From Candidatus Bathyarchaeota archaeon (GTDB lineage Archaea; Thermoproteota; Bathyarchaeia; Bathyarchaeales; Bathycorpusculaceae): DNA of 64,000 bases. The notes beneath the pieces are model-generated. The model did not search any database. It was not told where the DNA came from and worked only from the letters and a program-made list of their open reading frames with translations. Each line of letters opens with the position of its first letter. Within the stretch, counting starts at the first letter, position 1. The position numbers and the translations under genes are program-made. The stretch covers positions 672,001 to 736,000 of the forward strand of contig CAWGZR010000005.1 in assembly GCA_963827165.1 (NCBI GenBank), read 5' to 3'. This document shows, piece by piece, positions 28,329 to 37,252 of the stretch.

Positions 28329-30743
28329 TTGATGGGTAAATTGTCAAGAGAGAGACAGCTTGAAGTTGCCTTCATAACGATATTCTCTGTGCTGGTTTTA
28401 CTTATCTTCTACACAGTTGTTTCCATGAACGGTGTGGTGCTTGGAAATGATCCAGCTGTTCACTTGGTTAAAGCACAAATCTTCCTACAAACGGGTAAAA
28501 TACCCTTAGAAAACTTGGGTTGGACGCCCCCTCTTTACGAGCTTTTGCTTTCGATGCTTATTTCTTTCAGCGGCGCAACTGGCATTGGGCAGATGATTTT
28601 TTTAGTGAAAGCTCTCGCCGCAGTGGTTGATTGGCTGCTTTTTATGGCTGTTTATTTAATGGCTAGCAAGTTTTTTGGTAAGAAAGTTGGTGCTGTAAGT
28701 GCTGTTTTGTTGCTGATGTGTTTTCCTGTGTTTGAGGCTAACCAGTTTGGCGGCTACACCACGGTGCTTGGCATAGCGTTCATTCTTTTTGTGCTTCTAT
28801 ATTTGACAAAGGCGGTAGGGGAGTTTGGCTACTTGGTGGTTACTTTTCTTGCTGCTTTTGCTCTTGTTTTGTCTCATCAGCTCGCCGCTTTTCTTGCGGC
28901 TTTTATGCTGCCTCCGATTCTGATTTACATGGTAATAAAGTCTAGAGGTGCTTCCCTCAAAGTTGTGTTAGCCTTGATTGTGGGAGGCGGAATAGCCTTT
29001 CTGTATTATTTCAAAGCCATGTTCGGCTACATTGGGCTTGTTATTGAATACGTGTTTTTTGCGGTGAAAACTTACGCTTTCCAAATTCCTTCCGTCAGCT
29101 TTCACGCGTTCATTGTCAATTTCGGCTTCATTTTCTTTCTTGCTTTAGGCGGTATAGGCATTTCGTACTTTGTCCTAAGAAAAGAGAAAAAGGGTTTCTC
29201 ATACGCAATATTGATGATAAGTTTCCTTGTTCCCCTATTCTTCGCGGAGTCTTATCTTTTTGGTTTCTTCATGCCTTTCCAATGGTTCATCTATTATTTG
29301 ACGCCTGCAATGGCGATCTTCGCTGGAGTTTCTGTGGTGTTTCTTCAAGAGAATTTTCTTTTGTTTTACCTGAAGAAAAGAATGAACGCGCCGATTCGTC
29401 TTGGTCCTCTTGAATCAAATACGACGGGAATTAACGGCAATAAAAAGGCCAACAAAGGCTTTTCAGCCAAGTTTGTGAAGGCTTTTAGACAACGCTTGCT
29501 TGGTCCATTTCGCAGGAACTGGTTAAAGATACTTACCGCTTCCTTAATCGTGCTGGTGTGCCTGGTGCTTGTTTTTCGTTCTGATGTTGTCTACGGTAAA
29601 ATGTTGGAGGCCAGCGTTTTTTACTCCACAACCGACGTGAAAGCACTTGACGCAGGCATTTGGCTTCAACAAAACTATCCAAATAACGTTACAGTTGTGG
29701 ACACTGACGTGCCCGGTTTTTGGTTTTCAGCGTTTTCCGGCAAGAACGTTATTGCTCAAACTTCAGCAACAGTGGAGACAAATGATGTTGCGTCGTCAGT
29801 GCTGAGCCTATCATATGATATACAGGATCCTCAAAACCTATTTCGAGCTTACGAAGCATATGGGAACACTTTCTTGGAAACTTATATTTCAATCGATGGA
29901 GTTTGGGATCGAGTCATATCTTCTTCCACCTCGGGAGATTTTATCTCTTTCACTCAAAACGGCAAAAACTACGATTTTTCTTTTTCCAATTTAACAAGGG
30001 ACATTTACTTTGACCAGCAAATTAATCCTACGCAGTTAGCGATTCAGTTTTCCAACGAATATGTAATGTTAACTGAAACGATGATTGTTCAAAACTACAC
30101 TTACCCAGCCAACATTTCTTGGACTGTGACTCCACTAAACGGTGACATTTCAAACGTAACACTATACCTGACCAATTACTTTGATTTACATTTCGACAAA
30201 GCGCAAATCCCTCAAATCATGAATTGGGTTAACCCTTGGAATGTAACTTCGAATACAACTGACGGTAATCTTTGGGCTGTTGTTAATTTGCCAAATGCAA
30301 CATCTGACAGCTACGTTGGTGTTTATGATGACCAAGATCAAGTTGCTTGTGCATTCAACTTCACGGATCGACCCGACTGGGGAAACATTGGCGCATTGGG
30401 CAACGGACAAATCGACGCGATAAGATTTCAATATCAGTTTAGCGAAGTCAACAATGACCAGATGGTTCAGCGGCAGTACCAAATTCTCTGCCTTTCAAAG
30501 AGCAATTTTACTGCGTTGGAACCGACCAATCTTGAAAGCCTCCTGGACTTCAAATCTAACCCCTTCAATGTCTACACAAGAAGTTACAAAGATTACATAG
30601 CCCAGAATAACATTGATTTCATAGTTTACGACAAAAATCAACTAGACCCTAACATAATCCATTTGAAATTCCTGCAGCAAATCTACTCAAACAATCGATA
30701 TGTAATTTTCAAAATAATAAGCAACTACAACCAAACCCAATGA
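28329..30743 (+). CDS. Multi-TM GT-C-like membrane protein, paralog B
   Basis: Same architecture: GNDPAVH, WTPPLY, FGGY, SHQL, sequon-rich C-terminal domain. Confidence 0.65.
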   Translation: MMGKLSRERQLEVAFITIFSVLVLLIFYTVVSMNGVVLGNDPAVHLVKAQIFLQTGKIPLENLGWTPPLYELLLSMLISFSGATGIGQMIFLVKALAAVVDWLLFMAVYLMASKFFGKKVGAVSAVLLLMCFPVFEANQFGGYTTVLGIAFILFVLLYLTKAVGEFGYLVVTFLAAFALVLSHQLAAFLAAFMLPPILIYMVIKSRGASLKVVLALIVGGGIAFLYYFKAMFGYIGLVIEYVFFAVKTYAFQIPSVSFHAFIVNFGFIFFLALGGIGISYFVLRKEKKGFSYAILMISFLVPLFFAESYLFGFFMPFQWFIYYLTPAMAIFAGVSVVFLQENFLLFYLKKRMNAPIRLGPLESNTTGINGNKKANKGFSAKFVKAFRQRLLGPFRRNWLKILTASLIVLVCLVLVFRSDVVYGKMLEASVFYSTTDVKALDAGIWLQQNYPNNVTVVDTDVPGFWFSAFSGKNVIAQTSATVETNDVASSVLSLSYDIQDPQNLFRAYEAYGNTFLETYISIDGVWDRVISSSTSGDFISFTQNGKNYDFSFSNLTRDIYFDQQINPTQLAIQFSNEYVMLTETMIVQNYTYPANISWTVTPLNGDISNVTLYLTNYFDLHFDKAQIPQIMNWVNPWNVTSNTTDGNLWAVVNLPNATSDSYVGVYDDQDQVACAFNFTDRPDWGNIGALGNGQIDAIRFQYQFSEVNNDQMVQRQYQILCLSKSNFTALEPTNLESLLDFKSNPFNVYTRSYKDYIAQNNIDFIVYDKNQLDPNIIHLKFLQQIYSNNRYVIFKIISNYNQTQ

Positions 30744-30923
30744 CACAACCGTTTTAGCTTTGAGTACCATCAGCTTCTGGAGAATTGATTTCGATTTTCA
30801 CCGGATAGCAGTCAAAAAGAACTCTGTTCATAGGGAAGAAAGAATTGGCAGAAAAATTAATTGAAATTTATTGACATTTGTTGATGGATTTCAAGGAATA
30901 AAAAAGGAACTGAGGAAAAAAAT

Positions 30924-32021
30924 TTACTGCTTTTTAAAGTAGTTAGGGTCTTCGCGCAGAACTTTCGGTATGTAGTTACAGGCTGGGTCTGATTCGAATA
31001 GGTCGCCAGTGTAATATTCTGCTCTTGTCCTGCATCCACCGCAGATTTCTCGGTATTCGCAGACTCCGCATCTTCCTTTGATGTTGCTTTTGTCGCGTAG
31101 TTTGAGATGTAGTTCGCTTTTCTGCAGGTCATCCCAAACCTTGGTCAATTTCTTGTCTTTGACGTTGCCTAAACGGTAGCCTTCGTGGAATCCGCAACTT
31201 CGGTAATCGCCGTTTTCTGTTATGCCAACGTAGTTGCCTCCAATAGTGCATCTGCCAAGATAGCCTTCGTGGTACCAGTCCCAGAAGTCAACTGGGTTTT
31301 TCTGGCGAACGATTCTGGCGTAGAAAGGCGAGTAAACGTTGACTTTGACCTTGCCGTATAGTTTCCGCTGGATATCATAGATTTCGTCGAAAGCTTCCTC
31401 GTATTGTTCCGGTGTGGGCGCTAAGTCGGGCATATTGCTTCCTGCTCTGCCAACTGGAACGAGATTGTGGTAGACTACCATGCGGGCTTTGTATTCCTCT
31501 GCGAGTGCTGCAGGGTGCGCCATGTGTTTAATGTTGTATTTAGTCATGGTTGTGACTATGCAGTCGAGCAATCCGACCTCAGACAGTTTTTCCATTGCGT
31601 GCAATGCTTTATCATAGCTGCCTTTGCGTCGAATTATTTCGTTTGATTCCTTATTTCCATCTAGGCTAATCGCTGTGTGGACGTTGTATTTTCTTAGCTT
31701 GTCAAATCTTTCCTCATCCCACGCGAAACCGCTAGTTATTAGGCTAACTTTCATGTCGTATTTTTCTTCAGCATAAGCGATAATGTCAAAGATGTCTTTT
31801 CGAACCAATGGTTCTCCGCCGCTGATGCCAAACCACGGTGCCCCAAAATCGTGAATTTCGTCAACCATTTTTTTGGCGCCTTTAGTGTCAAGTTCAGTGT
31901 CAGCAGCATAGTCCTTAGTGTAGCTGCAGTACATGCAGTTGCCGACACAGTTCCTTGTACATCGCCAAACCACCATGAATAGTGGTGACTTATTTGAAGC
32001 CATCAAATCCCCAACAGTCAA
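30924..32021 (-). CDS. Radical SAM/SPASM enzyme A (AhbC/AhbD/NirJ/PqqE-like)
   Basis: CVGNCMYC, SGGEPL, VPVGRA, SPASM CTIG...C...CGVCEYREICGGCR...DPAC. Confidence 0.9.
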   Translation of the reverse strand: MTVGDLMASNKSPLFMVVWRCTRNCVGNCMYCSYTKDYAADTELDTKGAKKMVDEIHDFGAPWFGISGGEPLVRKDIFDIIAYAEEKYDMKVSLITSGFAWDEERFDKLRKYNVHTAISLDGNKESNEIIRRKGSYDKALHAMEKLSEVGLLDCIVTTMTKYNIKHMAHPAALAEEYKARMVVYHNLVPVGRAGSNMPDLAPTPEQYEEAFDEIYDIQRKLYGKVKVNVYSPFYARIVRQKNPVDFWDWYHEGYLGRCTIGGNYVGITENGDYRSCGFHEGYRLGNVKDKKLTKVWDDLQKSELHLKLRDKSNIKGRCGVCEYREICGGCRTRAEYYTGDLFESDPACNYIPKVLREDPNYFKKQ

Positions 32022-32158
32022 AGTAATTTCGGTGATGCGATATAAAACTTACTGCTAGAAGGCAATGTTTGTTTGGAATAAGAAAAATTGCAGAAAACAG
32101 TTTAATTGATGTATTGCTGTCGTTTTGTTCTCCTCAATCGAGCGCGTCTTGTTGTTTA

Positions 32159-32620
32159 TTATTGCTTTTCATGTTTGGTGAAACGCGTGCGCCTTATTTG
32201 GAGAAATCCTTCAATTGTGAAAACGGTCAAGGCCAGAACGGTTATGAATATAAGCAGTAGAAAGAAAACTTTGAATTCGTAGGTTTCAACCGGGTAATGT
32301 ATGGCTAAAATTACTGCTTCTGTCACGAGGATTGCTAAGAAAAGGATTGAGTAACGCCACATATTAGGAACCAGACGTTTGCCGATCCATACGTATCCTG
32401 AAACGTGTGCTTTGTTTTTCGTAATGTACTCCCCGTACTGGTTTTTTTTAAGGTAGCCTAGGCCCTCGAGTTTCTGCAAGTGCCTATATGCAACACTTGG
32501 GCTACTGAGATTGGCAGCTTTCATTATTTCTCGGGGTCCAACAGGTTTGCCTAACTTTAAAATGTGTAAGTACACCTCTAAAGTTATTCCCTCTAACTCT
32601 CCTTGGTCCGTCTTAGCCAT
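32159..32620 (-). CDS. Membrane-anchored wHTH regulator
   Basis: PVGPREIMKAANLSSPSVAYRHLQKL HTH followed by two TM helices. Confidence 0.8.
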   Translation of the reverse strand: MAKTDQGELEGITLEVYLHILKLGKPVGPREIMKAANLSSPSVAYRHLQKLEGLGYLKKNQYGEYITKNKAHVSGYVWIGKRLVPNMWRYSILFLAILVTEAVILAIHYPVETYEFKVFFLLLIFITVLALTVFTIEGFLQIRRTRFTKHEKQ

Positions 32621-32697
32621 GGTTAAGCCTCAAGGTAAAACGAAAGTAAAAGTTTATCTGTGATTCGCTTTTCCCAACTTCTCATTTTCAGAGCGTT

Positions 32698-32787
32698 TTT
32701 GTTAAGACATTTTAAATGGGTGCAAGGAGCCTCAGATCTCTTAACAAACCTTTGTTTTACTTTTCGGCGCCGTTTTTTTCGTTAAGA
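32698..32787. promoter_or_regulatory. Candidate operator: inverted repeat TTTGTTAAGA...TCTTAACAAA plus a third half-site
   Basis: Half-sites at 32698-32707, 32739-32748 and about 32778-32787, between the divergent wHTH and RnfD-fusion genes. Confidence 0.35.
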
Positions 32788-32872
32788 ATAACTTGCTTTC
32801 ACCATAGGTTGGGAAAGTCTTATTAAACTAACCAGCGCTAAATTGAACTAAGAAATTAAAAAGGAGAAGAAA

Positions 32873-34273
32873 GTGATAATGTCTAAACCTAAAGAATATT
32901 CATGGATGACTAAAGATAAACTGATGACTTACACCTTTTTCGCTCTGCTCATACTCACCGTTATAACAGCTATTATATGGTCACAGGAAAAGACTCCCTC
33001 GGGCTGGAACCTCGGTCTAACATTAGCTATTAACGCAATAATCTCCGTTGGAATCGCCGTTGGACTTGACGCTTTTCTATTCAAAATCACTGCTGATAGC
33101 CCGCTTAACTTGATGTCTGCTGCCGTTTTTGGCTTAATTGTGACTGATTGCTACGTATTGGGCGCACCGAGTATGACTACAATCGGTTTTGATTTGTTCC
33201 CCGTAGAGGCACCTCAATGTTTCGTCTTTGTCGCGTTAATGTCTCTAATCGGCTTGGTTGTTTTCAAGAAACTTGTCGGCGTCACTGGAAGAAAATACGT
33301 TAACCCCGCTGCAGCTGCAAAACTTGTCGTCATGATTCCATTCATCGACACATTGCTTCTAGCAATTGACCACATGAAAAGCGGTTTACTCAAGGTGCCT
33401 TCGCTGGCTGGCCCAGTTGGGTTGACTAACGTAGTAAACGGCAACGGAGGCGGTACAGGATACCCTGGATTCGGCGCATATATGTGGAGTTGCTTCTCTA
33501 ATGCGAGCATAAAGAATCTCTCATCAGCAAATATAAGCAAATTGTTTCTGCAAATGCTTCTTGACAAGTTTCACGGGTGGCCTGGTGGAGCCTCAACAAT
33601 TGCAGTAATCGTCGTTGGCATAGGCTTCTTCGTCGTCGCGCGCAAATACGTTAAATGGAGAATCACAATAAGCTATATTGTTACTGTCGCTTTGCTTTCG
33701 GTGGTTTTCTCTGCTGCATACGGTGACTCAGGTAGTTCAGGTTACCTTGTGCGACTGCTGTTCATGCTATTCATCGGCAGCTCAATATTCTTGGCGTTCT
33801 TCATGGCAACAGATCCTGCAACTACGCCGCTAACCTATTTGGGACAAATAATCTTCGGAGTCGGCACAGCCGTATTGACAGTGCTTATGATAACATACCT
33901 GCAGTTTTTCGGAGCCTCTTTCGTTGCATTAGTTATTATGAACTTGACTGTGCCCGCGCTTGACAAGATCGGCAGAATGAAGCCATCAACCGAAAGTAAA
34001 GAACCAAAGCTACCTAAAGCACAAGCCTTCGCCCCTGAAAAAATCAAAGAAACCCAATGCATACGATGTGGTGCTTGCATGACTGCTTGCTGCCATGGAC
34101 TTAGCCCAATACTGATTAAGCAGGCATTTGATAAGATGAACTTTGACCAAATGAGTAAGCTACATGCGGATTATTGCACTGGATGCGGACACTGCAGTTA
34201 CGTTTGCCCTGCAAGAATCGACCTTAGAAGAGCCATATTGCAATCCAAAGGAATGCTGAGACAACAAGAATAA
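32873..34273 (+). CDS. RnfD/NqrB-family membrane protein fused to an RnfC-like 2[4Fe-4S] domain
   Basis: NPAAA and FFMATDPATTP RnfD motifs; C-terminal CIRCGACMTACC and CTGCGHCSYVCPARIDL. Confidence 0.85.
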   Translation: MIMSKPKEYSWMTKDKLMTYTFFALLILTVITAIIWSQEKTPSGWNLGLTLAINAIISVGIAVGLDAFLFKITADSPLNLMSAAVFGLIVTDCYVLGAPSMTTIGFDLFPVEAPQCFVFVALMSLIGLVVFKKLVGVTGRKYVNPAAAAKLVVMIPFIDTLLLAIDHMKSGLLKVPSLAGPVGLTNVVNGNGGGTGYPGFGAYMWSCFSNASIKNLSSANISKLFLQMLLDKFHGWPGGASTIAVIVVGIGFFVVARKYVKWRITISYIVTVALLSVVFSAAYGDSGSSGYLVRLLFMLFIGSSIFLAFFMATDPATTPLTYLGQIIFGVGTAVLTVLMITYLQFFGASFVALVIMNLTVPALDKIGRMKPSTESKEPKLPKAQAFAPEKIKETQCIRCGACMTACCHGLSPILIKQAFDKMNFDQMSKLHADYCTGCGHCSYVCPARIDLRRAILQSKGMLRQQE

Positions 34274-34451
34274 ACCCCTATTTCCTTAATCTTTTCTTTT
34301 ATTTTCTCCCAAGCAAACATATGTTGCCACGTTTGATGGTGCAGTCTTAGCGCCTGTTTCCCAAGTTCTAGCCGTTGCTTTTTGACATGTCAACCTTCCA
34401 AGCATTAAGCTTATAAACATGCCACAACGTAAATAAGTCAAGGGATAAAAA

Positions 34452-35120
34452 TTGGAAACACCAAAATTCAAACTAGCTGACATATTCCAAGGCATCCTTA
34501 TACCAATAATCCTCGTGGCTTTGATCTATTTTCTCGCAATATACATTAACCCCAACGGATCTTCACACATAATCGGAAACTCCAGCACAATAGGTATTAT
34601 TCTCACTCAGGGCTTTGCGCAAATGATCATTCTCGGTATCCCAATGATATTGGGTTTACTGTGGAACAAATGGGCGGGCGGCGCGGCTGGCTTCATTACA
34701 GGCGGCATGTATTACTTAGCTGAAGCAGGCTATTCCAACGGATCTTATGCGGTCTATAACTCCTTTACTTACAACTTCTACGGCGACTTGAGTATGCTCT
34801 CTTATCTTGTTATGGCTGTAATCATCGGTTACATGGCGGGCGCTTTGGCTAACGGTTCCATGAACTTCAAGCGGTTACTCGGGGCAGGGTTGACAGCAGC
34901 CATCATTACCGCTGTAATCCAAGCGTACTTCAACTACACTATTTCACTCACACCAGCGCGGACTATGAATCATCAAATGTGGGCAAATACATCCTATGGA
35001 TTTGCTGGCTTGTACGGCTTTGTGTTGCAATTCATTCCGAACATTGCTTTAGGAGTAATCATCCCGATCCTTGCTAAAGTAATGTCGTGGTATGGGCTTC
35101 AACCAGTAAGGCATCAATAA
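34452..35120 (+). CDS. Membrane protein of about 6 TM, possibly ECF S-component-like
   Basis: Hydrophobic 222 aa with LGLLWNKWAGGAAGF segment. Confidence 0.6.
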   Translation: METPKFKLADIFQGILIPIILVALIYFLAIYINPNGSSHIIGNSSTIGIILTQGFAQMIILGIPMILGLLWNKWAGGAAGFITGGMYYLAEAGYSNGSYAVYNSFTYNFYGDLSMLSYLVMAVIIGYMAGALANGSMNFKRLLGAGLTAAIITAVIQAYFNYTISLTPARTMNHQMWANTSYGFAGLYGFVLQFIPNIALGVIIPILAKVMSWYGLQPVRHQ

Positions 35121-35311
35121 AAAAATCCCTATTTCCCTTTCTTTTTTAATTTCCGAAATTTTTGGAAACCCAACTGTTCTGACATCATTTTTTCGGTTGC
35201 TTTTGTTCACAAATAGTGGTGTGTCTACTCCCTCCATTTTGGCGATTGTTGGTATCGCGTTTTTGTACTCGGAATTTTCTCACAAGCATAAGTGGCAATC
35301 GGGAGGGGAAT

Positions 35312-35762
35312 TTCCGGAAATTTTTTTGCTTTGTGTTTTAGATTGCTTTTTTGCATCAGGGTTTGAATCGTCTTCAGGTTGCGTCATAAAACGTCACGAA
35401 ACGTCAAATAACGTCATAAAAAGTCATGAAACGTCGCCAAACGTCATAAACCGTCACAAAACGTCACCAAAAGTCAACAAGCGACACCACCGTCACTTAA
35501 CATAAAAGACAAAGATCGTGGACAAAAGAAGCCCCAAAAGCATGGTCAGATGATGGTGTGGGGCTTTTCAGCCCATGTATTTCTTTGTTTCTTAGATTGG
35601 TTTTTTGAAAAGGGGTTTGGATTAGCTGCAGGTTGAGTCTTAAAATCTCTATTTTTCTCTAAAATTATCTTAGAAAGGCAATTGCAGTCAACAATGGCAA
35701 AAGACTCCTATAAGCCGTAGTTCGCGGGTTGCCTGTTTGCCATTTTTGGTTTGGAGCTTGAA
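35312..35762 (-). repeat. 10-bp-periodic repeat modules (locus 3), inverted relative to locus 1
   Basis: 10x ACGTCATAAA-like (35381-35480); reverse complement of 35581-35760 closely matches 5992-6212 and that of 35312-35590 matches 5655-5915. Confidence 0.9.
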
Positions 35763-35820
35763 AAACAATTTGATTGAAAGGAAATGAATGGCGGAAAAAC
35801 GGGTTTAGAAAAAATCAGGT

Positions 35821-37116
35821 TTAGTTTGGCGCGAATTCCCAGGCAATGTTGCCTTTCCAGATTTCGCCCAGCTTCGTTATCCTGACTTCTTTGTCGTCGA
35901 TTTCGATTAGTCCTTTGTCTTTCAGCTTTTGGAGTTGCTTAGGGAAAACTTTCTCAGGGGTTGTGCCAAATTTTTCCATAAACTCTTTTTTGCTAACTGG
36001 CAGCCGGAGGTATAACCGCGTCATCGTTCGCCTCATCATATCCTCAGTTGTGGATTCTGAAAGCCTGCTTATAGGCAGTTTTCCGGTTTTCACAGTTGAC
36101 ATATAATCATTTATGTTTTCTAAGTTAGAGTAAGAAAACTGTTGCAGATACCCCATAAAGCAGCCCGCCCCAGTCGTCAAAATGCCTCCCCAAGGCCAAC
36201 CGTTAAGACAGTTCTCGCGCATGTGCCACTCGACCCTGCTGAAGCGGTCGTGCCCAACTGCTTTGTAGCCTGCAGCTGTCAGCATGTTGTAGGCAGTTAG
36301 GTACATCTGTTTCTCGTATTCGGCATCTCCTGTGGGCGGTGAAACGCCTGTTTTAATCATTTTTTCAAGTGTGGTGCCGGGATCCACATGTAAAGAGTAA
36401 GCGTCAACTTCCACGTCAAGCTCAATTGTTTTCTTCAGGGTGTCTATCCAGCTTTCCATCGTTTGCCCAGGAAGGTTATACATAAGATCAACGCAGACGC
36501 ATAAATCTAGTTTCCTCGCGTGCCGAATTGCTTTTTCAACATCTGCCGCTGAATCAGGCAGGCAAAGCAGCTTGCGCAGCTTGTCATCAAAAGTTTGGGC
36601 TCCCATGTCCATCTGGTAGACTCCGTACTCGGCGAGTTTATTGATTTTTGGGAGTGCAAGGGTCTTTGAGGAACCTGTGACTTTGATGAAGTATTCTTCG
36701 TTGATGTTGAAGTTTTCTTTGCAGAAGTCGATGAGGTCAATCATCTGCTCAGCCGCTAAGACGCTTGGCGTTCCTCCGCCTAAGACGATTTCGTCGAAGC
36801 AGCTGGTCTGCACATATTTAGTTTTCGCGTACATTGCGAGCTCTTTTTTCAGCAAATCAAGGTATGGCTCAATCTTCACTTTGGAAGTGGCTGTGGTTGG
36901 GAAATAACAAAAAGCGCATCTAGAGTCGCACACGGATATCCACGGCTGGAGCTCCATAAGCCTGCCTGACTTGTTTTCAGTGTTAAGGAACTCCATGAAG
37001 GCATGGTAAGTTTCGGGTTTTATTTCTGGGTAATCCCTGTATGTGTAGGGCGGCCAGTTTTCTCGAGTATCGTACCCGCCGGATTTCCCTTCTTTGAGTG
37101 CAACAGCTTTAGTCAT
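35821..37116 (-). CDS. HemN-like (class C) radical SAM enzyme
   Basis: CDSRCAFCYF, GGGTPS, GAQTFDD, DLMYNLPGQT, GAG and HemN C-terminal domain. Confidence 0.88.
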   Translation of the reverse strand: MTKAVALKEGKSGGYDTRENWPPYTYRDYPEIKPETYHAFMEFLNTENKSGRLMELQPWISVCDSRCAFCYFPTTATSKVKIEPYLDLLKKELAMYAKTKYVQTSCFDEIVLGGGTPSVLAAEQMIDLIDFCKENFNINEEYFIKVTGSSKTLALPKINKLAEYGVYQMDMGAQTFDDKLRKLLCLPDSAADVEKAIRHARKLDLCVCVDLMYNLPGQTMESWIDTLKKTIELDVEVDAYSLHVDPGTTLEKMIKTGVSPPTGDAEYEKQMYLTAYNMLTAAGYKAVGHDRFSRVEWHMRENCLNGWPWGGILTTGAGCFMGYLQQFSYSNLENINDYMSTVKTGKLPISRLSESTTEDMMRRTMTRLYLRLPVSKKEFMEKFGTTPEKVFPKQLQKLKDKGLIEIDDKEVRITKLGEIWKGNIAWEFAPN

Positions 37117-37252
37117 CCAAATTCCCCGCGAATTTACTTTTAGAACGGCTCAGAAACATAATAAACATATCGTTAAAACATATCGATTGAATGCGGAATC
37201 CAAAAAAAGCACCTTTTATCTTTAATAGAAAATTTTTTCTCTCGTGGGCTAA

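Noticed and set aside
35197-35505. ORF with VIKRHETS-like repeats (and similar ORFs at 5831-6069 and 11738-11953)
   Set aside because: A 10-bp unit is not codon-phased and homologous modules do not keep a reading frame; treated as spurious.
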